Positions 58,496 through 64,000 of a stretch of 64,000 nt of DNA are shown one piece after another. Under the pieces are notes generated by a model. The model made no database searches, was not told where the DNA came from, and saw nothing but the letters and a program-made list of their open reading frames with translations. Origin of the DNA: Eledone cirrhosa (taxonomy: Eukaryota); NCBI GenBank assembly GCA_964016885.1, contig OZ024749.1:29016001-29080000 (forward strand). Direction: 5' to 3'. Numbering within the stretch: position 1 is the first letter of the stretch; the number at the start of each line of letters is the position of its first letter. A program made the translations under genes and the position numbers.

Positions 58496-58607
58496 TGTAT
58501 GTAGCACAATAATGTGTATAGTATATAGTAGTGTGTATAGTACACACGGCAAACATCAGTGCTGTGTAAGAAAAACTTTAATCTGCTTCAAAGTCTGAAA
58601 TTCTTCA

Positions 58608-59320
58608 CCATCATTATCAAACCATCACATCATTATCAAATCATCACTATCATTATCAAACCATCACCATCATTATCAAACCACCACTATTCGTATATAG
58701 CCATCACTATCATTATTAAACCACCACTATTCTTATTTAACCATCACCATCATTATCAAGCAATCAGCATCATTATCAAGCCATCACCATCATTATCAAA
58801 GCACCACCATCCTTATTTAACCATCACCATCATTATCAAGCCATCACCATCATTATCAAACCACCACCATCCTTATTTAACCATCACCATCATTATCAAG
58901 CAATCAGCATCATTATCAAACCATCACACTCATTAAGCCATCACCATCACTATCAAACCATCACTATCACTATCAAGCCATTACCATCACTATCAACCCA
59001 TCACCATCACTATCAAACGATCACCATCACTATCAAGCCATTACCATCACTATCAACCCATCACCATCACTATCAAACCATCACCATCACTATCAAGCCA
59101 TTACCATCACTATCAACCCATCACCATCACTATCAAACCATCACTATCACTATCAACCCATCACCATCACTATCAAATCATCCCCATCACTTTCAAGCCA
59201 CCACCATCATTATCAAACCACCACAATCATTATCAAACCATCACCATCACTATCGAACCATCACCATCAATCAGCTACCATCACTATCCAGCCACTATCA
59301 TCACCATCTTTATTATGAAA
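58608..59320. repeat. ~20-bp CCATCACCATCACTATCAAA-type repeat
   Basis: Direct reading. Confidence 0.9.
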
Positions 59321-59429
59321 CCATCAGTAATGTTAGTACGAGTGTCATGTAACATTTTACCAACTGCAGTCACTTCAAACTAACAAAGATGCCAACTGTG
59401 ATAATGTCTCTTGCATTACTTTTAAATAA

Positions 59430-62400
59430 CCACTATTACTACCACTACCACCACTACTACCTCAACCACCACTACTACCACCACAACTACCACTAACACC
59501 ACAGCCACCACAATTACCACAACCTTCACAACTACCTCAGCCACCACTACTACCACCACAGCTACCACTACCACCACAGCCACACACAACTACCAAAACC
59601 TCCACTACCACCACAGCCACCACAACTACCACTACAACCATAACTGCCACTACCACCACAACTACCTCAACCACCACTACTACCACCACAACTACCACTA
59701 CCAACACAGCCACCAAACTACCAAAACCTCCACTACCACCACAGCCACCACAACTACCACTACCACCACAACTACCTCAACCACCACTACTACCAAAACC
59801 TCCACTACCACCACAGCCACCACAACTACCACTACAACCATAACTGCCACTACCACCACAACTACCTCAAACACCACTACTACCACCACAGCTACCACTA
59901 CCACCACAGCTACCACAACTACCAAAACCTCCACTACCACCACAGCCACCACAACTACCACTACAACCATAACTGCCACTACCACCACAACTACCTCAAC
60001 CACCACTACTACCACCACAGCTACCACAACTACCACTACAACCATAACTGCCACCACCACAACTACCACAATCTCCACTACTACCACAGCCACCGCAACT
60101 ACCATAACCTCGACAATTGCCACTACCACCACAACTACCTCAACTACCACTACTATCACAACCACCACAGCTACCACAACAATCACAACTACTAGAGTCA
60201 CTACTACCACAACCACCACAGCCATTACAATTACCACAACCTCCACTACCATCACAACTACCACGGCAACTACTGCCATTACCATAGTCTCCACTACCAC
60301 CACAGCGACTACAACCACCACTATCACTACAACCACCACAGCTACTAGAGCCACTACAACCTCGACTACCACTACTACCTCAACCACCACAGCTACTAGA
60401 ACCACTACATCCACCACTACCACTACTACCTCAACCACCACAGCTACTAGAACCACCAATATCGCTACATCCACTACCACCACTACTACCTCAACCACCA
60501 CAGCTACTAGAACCACCACTATCGCTACATCCACCACTACCACTACTACCTCAACCACCACAACTACTAGAACCACCACACCCACCATAGCTACTACAGC
60601 CTCTACAACCACCACTACTGCCACAACCACCACAGCTACTAGAACCACCACACCCACCATAGCTACTACAGCCTCTACAACCACCACTACTACCTCAACC
60701 ACCACAACTACTAGAACCACCACACCCACCATAGCTACTACAGCCTCTACAACCACCACTACTACCACAACCACCACAGCTACTAGAACCACCACACCCA
60801 CCATAGCTACTACAGCCTCTACAACCACCACTACTACCTCAACCACCACAGCTACTAGAAACACCACACCCACCATAGCTACTACAGCCTCTACAACCAC
60901 CACTACTACCACAACCACCACAGCTACTAGAACCACCACACCCACCATAGCTACTACAGCCTCTACAACCACCACTACTACCTCAACCACCACAACTACT
61001 AGAACCACCACACTCACCATAGCTACTACAGCCTCTACAACCACTACAACTACCACAACCACCACTAGAACCACTACCACCAAATCCCCTACCACTACAT
61101 CTACTATACAGCTACGGCTGAGACGCTCAACACCAACCACACCACACACACAATACAATCACACACTCACATCCACCTACAACCACACCCACCACATAAG
61201 AAACCCCCCCACTACACTGTCACAACCACACCCACTCAACACACAGCCACACCCACCTACCCACAGTTACACCCACCTAAAGCCACCACACAATAAACCG
61301 ACACACCACCACATCCATCCCATAAGAAACCACCCACTGTACTGCAACACCCACCAAACCCACAGTTACACCCACCGCCAACACACTGTAAACCTACACA
61401 CCACCACAACCACTCCACACACCCACACCATTAACCAACACACCACCACACCCACCCCGTACCACCACACTATAAACCTACACACCACCACAACCACTCC
61501 ACACTACCACACCATTAACCAACACACCACCACATCACAATAAATCTACACACCACCCAACCACCCCCCGTACCACCACCCTATAAACGTACACACCACC
61601 ACAACCACTCCACACCCCCACACCATTAACCAACACACCACCACATCACAATAAATCTACACACCACCCAACCACCCCCCGTACCACCACCCTATAAACG
61701 TACACACCACCACAACCACTCCACACCCCCACACCATTAACCAACACACTACCACATCACAATAAACCTACACACCACCACACCAACCCCGTACCACCAC
61801 ACTATAAACCACCACAACCACTCCACACTACCACACCATTAACCAACACGCCACCACCCCACAATAAAGCAACACATCACCCAACCACCCACTACTACAT
61901 CCACCACACCATTAACCAACACACCACCACACCATTAACCACCACACCACCACACCACCATTAACCAACACGCCACCACACCATTAACCACCACACCACC
62001 ACACCACCATTAACCAACACGCCACCACACCACCATTAACCAACACGCCACCACACCAGTAACCACCACACCACCACACCACCACACCATCATTAACCAA
62101 CACACCACCACCACACCACCACTAACCACCACACCACCACACCACCATTAACCAACACGTCACCACACCACCACACCACCATTAATCAACACACCACCAC
62201 CACACCATTAACCACCACACCACCACACCACCATTAACCAACACACCACCACACCACCATTAACCAACACGCCACACCACCATTAACCAACACGCCACCA
62301 CACCAGTAACCACCACACCACCACACCACCATTAACCAACACACCACCACCACACCCCCACTAACCACCACACCACCACACCACCACACCACCATTAACC

Positions 62401-64000
62401 AACACGTCACCACACCACCACACCACCACACCACCATTAACCAACACGTCACCACACCACCACACCACCATTAACCAACACACCACCACCACACCACCAC
62501 ACCACCACACCACCATTAACCAACACGCCACCACACCACCACACCACCATTAACCAACACACCACCACCACCACCACTATTAACCAACACGCCACCACAC
62601 CATTAACCACCACACCACCACACCACCATTAACCAACACGCCACCACACCACCACACCACCATTAACCAACACACCACCACACCACCATTAACCAACAAG
62701 CCCCCACACCATTAACCAACACCATTAATCACTACACCACCACACCACCATTAACCACCACACCACCACACCACCATTAACCAACACGCCACCACACCAC
62801 CACCACACCATTAATCAGCACGCCACCACACCATTAACCAACACGCCACCACACCACCATTAACCAACACGCCACCACACCATTAACCACCACACTACCA
62901 CACCACCACCACACCATTAACCAACACGCCACCACACCACCATTAAGCAACACGCCACCACACCATTAACCACCACACCACCACACCACCATTAACCAAT
63001 ACGCCACCACACCACCACACCACCACACCACCATTAACCAACACGCCACCACACCATTAACCACCACACCACCACACCACCATTAACCAACACGCCACCA
63101 CACCACCACACCACCACACCACCATTAACCAACACGCCACCACACTATTAACCACCACACCACCACACTACCATTAACCAACACGCCACCACACCATTAA
63201 CCACCACACCACCACACCACCATTAACCAACACGCCACCACACCATTAACCAACACGCCACCACACCATTAACCAACACGCCACCACACCATTAACCACC
63301 ACACCACCACACCACCATTAACCACCACACCACCACACCGCTATTAACCAACACGCCACCACACCATTAACCAACACACCACCACCACACCATTAACCAA
63401 CACACCACCACCACACCATTAACCAACACACCACCACACCATTAACCACCACGCCACCACACCATTAACCACCATACCACCACACCACCATTAACCAACA
63501 CGCCACCACACCACCATTAACCAACACGCCACACCACCATTAACCAACACGCCACCACACCAGTAACCACCACACCACCACACCACCATTAACCAACACA
63601 CAACCCCCACACCCCCACTAACCACCACACCACCACACCACCACACCACCATTAACCAACACGTCACCACACCACCTCACCACCATTAACCAACACACCA
63701 CCACCACACCATTAACCACCACACCACCACACCACCACACCACCATTAACCAACACGCCACCACACCACCACACCACCATTAACCAACACACCACCACCA
63801 CCACCACCATTAACCAACACGCCACCACACCATTAACCACCACACCACCACACCACCATTAACCAACACGCCACCACACCACCACACCACCACACCACCA
63901 TTAACCAACACGCCACCACACTATTAACCACCACACCACCACACTACCATTAACCAACACGCCACCACACCATTAACCACCACACCACCACACCACCATT
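59430..64000. repeat. ACC/ACT-derived low-complexity array (to about 61110), then CCACACCATTAACCAACAC-type array to the window end
   Basis: Direct reading; 60-bp higher-order units at 60540-61060. Confidence 0.93.

Noticed and set aside
59698-61158. 486-aa poly-Val minus-strand ORF
   Set aside because: Antisense reading of a triplet low-complexity array.

Overview
This is AT-rich, microsatellite-saturated eukaryotic DNA; the SINE/LINE families suggest an octopus/coleoid cephalopod (inference). Almost all ORF-track entries are translations of simple repeats. One real gene is visible on the minus strand, an aristaless/Arx-type paired-class homeobox gene. It has a 46-nt homeobox exon (43832-43877, EELAMRIDLTEARVQ), a 24.2-kb intron and a last coding exon (18922-19647, [12 protein letters not shown]...OAR motif); its upstream exons were not found in the window. 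The rest is minisatellites, about 20 copies of one tRNA-derived SINE, R4/Dong-like LINEs in (TAA)n (two form a 2.2-kb inverted pair), RTE and CRE-like LINE remnants, two Tc1/mariner-type MITEs and several Penelope-like element (PLE) fragments. The most striking pattern is about ten fold-back (palindromic) insertions of 0.1-1.5 kb inside (TA)n arrays. They come from several PLE terminal-repeat families, most carry a whole or partial type I hammerhead ribozyme, and each has an unpaired tail on one side; several tails share an ACTC-N15-18-GAGT(A/G)C hairpin motif. All folds and alignments were made by eye, so boundaries are approximate.
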